From Ruditapes philippinarum (lineage: Eukaryota), in the NCBI RefSeq assembly GCF_026571515.1, contig NW_026853157.1, positions 124,001 through 188,000 of the forward strand: a stretch of 64,000 nucleotides of DNA. The letters run 5' to 3'. The notes beneath the pieces are model-generated. The model was given only the letters and a program-made list of their open reading frames with translations. It had not been told where the DNA came from and did no database searches. This document shows, one piece after another, positions 62,484-64,000 of the stretch. The translations under genes were made by a program, and so were the position numbers. How positions within the stretch are numbered: the stretch's first letter is position 1; every line of letters begins with the position of its first letter.

Positions 62484-64000
62484 AGGTATTTGCATATTTT
62501 TTATTGTTTATTAATGTTCCTTTACTTCACATTGCAAAGGTACTCATGTACACAGTAAAACATAATAAAAATATTTAAAATTATTGCTTTTGTGTTGTTC
62601 ACAGTTGCTAACTGAAGTGGATAAATCTGATCATTCTGCATCATATTTTATGATAAATTTATGATGTGTAGTCATACTTAAAAACTTATAAATTTGTAAG
62701 GAAATAAGAAACTAACACACTTTTTATGAGCGAATAAAAAATTGCAATTACTGACGAGGTATGATTCCATAAACAAGAATAAATGATTTTAAAGATGTTT
62801 CTATTAATTCGTGAAGTATCACCTAATTTTAACTTTGAATATTTCTCTGAACATAAATAAGGCTTACAATGATTTCGTTCTAAAAGGCACAAAACTTATT
62901 CGTAAAATGTCTATATTCTTGCGGATTCGAATTCATAAGACAAGTACTGCAAAGTCGTTTAGTCTAATTTGAGATAAAATATTGTTTATACAAATGTAGT
63001 AACTTAATCCGAGTGACGTACGGAATTCTGTTTTATGATTGATGAAATTAAAGCGATAAAACGAAAGAAATCGATTCTATTTTTGCTTTTCATCGAAAAT
63101 CACTAAAAGGAAGTTTTGTTGACATGTTGTTTTGTAATTACACGGACTTTAAGTGCTTGAGTTTATTATAACATGAGAAAAAAGTATTTTGTTTCGATAC
63201 ATTCATATGTAAATAGTCTAAAGGTATAATACCTACTTCTTTAAACTTATAACGTCCTTGAAATAAGGATAGAAGTGGGGAATGAACATCATTCAGTTTT
63301 ACCCAACGTACTCATTTGTTTGTCTGCACCAATTAAAATCAAGCCTGTTATAAAGTCAGATATAAACTTTTTGCATTAAATGGAATGGCTAAGTAAAGTC
63401 AGTGATACAGAGAAGAATAATTTCACCCCGGCGGGATTGCAGCTTTTATTTTGCAAATATCAATTAAATTAAGTTATTAAATAAAACAGAACATAACGGA
63501 ACGACGAAAAGCTGTCTTTGGATATATTTATATTCAATTTCTGATGGATATAAAATCAGCAAAGAAATTATGAGCAAAAAACATCAAAGACCACTGTGAA
63601 ATTTCTATCATAACACATGTACCAAATAAGACAATTAGATATATGTCTATAGTTATGTGTTTTCCGGCGGATTATTAACACTATTTAGCATTGATGAATC
63701 ACACCGTGGAGACAAAATTGTGCTTTTGCGATAACACATAGATGCAATAAGTTAGAGGTTATTTCCGTCTTTTGGTGACAAAATCACAAAAACAGACTGT
63801 CGTGCTGTTTATTTATTATTTCCTGGAAAAAGAAAATTGTTTAAGAAAGGTAATAACGTTACATCATTTAAGACTTAAACAAGATATTTGAATGTTCGTT
63901 TTTTTAATAACAGGAGTTAAGTAAGTAGTAATATGCGTTTATAACTAGTGAATTAATATAACAAAAGTCGTGTGCCTTCTGACCTTAAAGATAGTAAACA

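Noticed and set aside
63380-64000. Possible first exon of a third Ly6 gene (AATTTCACCC shared with sequence upstream of Ly6-B)
   Set aside because: No ATG, signal peptide and phase-1 donor combination found; a 10-bp match is too weak.

Overview
AT-rich animal genomic DNA, not prokaryotic. The SINE/MITE content and gene families suggest a mollusc, probably a bivalve (inference). The left half holds four tandem minus-strand class A (rhodopsin-like) GPCR genes with uninterrupted coding regions, of the FMRFamide-receptor/srw-like type. Copies 1 and 2 come from a recent tandem duplication with a period of about 11 kb. The paralogues differ mainly in the number of 44-aa Ser/Thr-rich units in intracellular loop 3 (about 6, 2, 1, 1), in the DRY motif (YRF/DRF/DRC/DRC) and in a C-terminal PDZ-type ligand (absent, absent, TEV, TKV). 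Head-to-head with the array are two spliced three-exon genes that the ORF track does not resolve. Both encode signal-peptide-bearing, 10-cysteine, GPI-anchored Ly6/uPAR (three-finger) proteins, at 33943-37946 and 42314-60208. Intron 1 of the second gene contains what look like GPCR flanks with the coding region missing, a Harbinger MITE, an assembly gap and a full-length L1/Tx1 LINE with a perfect 17-bp TSD. An intron-containing, PHD-finger pogo-family DNA transposon is nested in that LINE's inter-ORF spacer. Also present are a decayed BEL/Pao LTR retrotransposon upstream of GPCR1, mariner and LINE relics, several MITEs and SINE fragments, and mini/microsatellites. All calls were made by eye; repeat boundaries are approximate unless a TSD is quoted.
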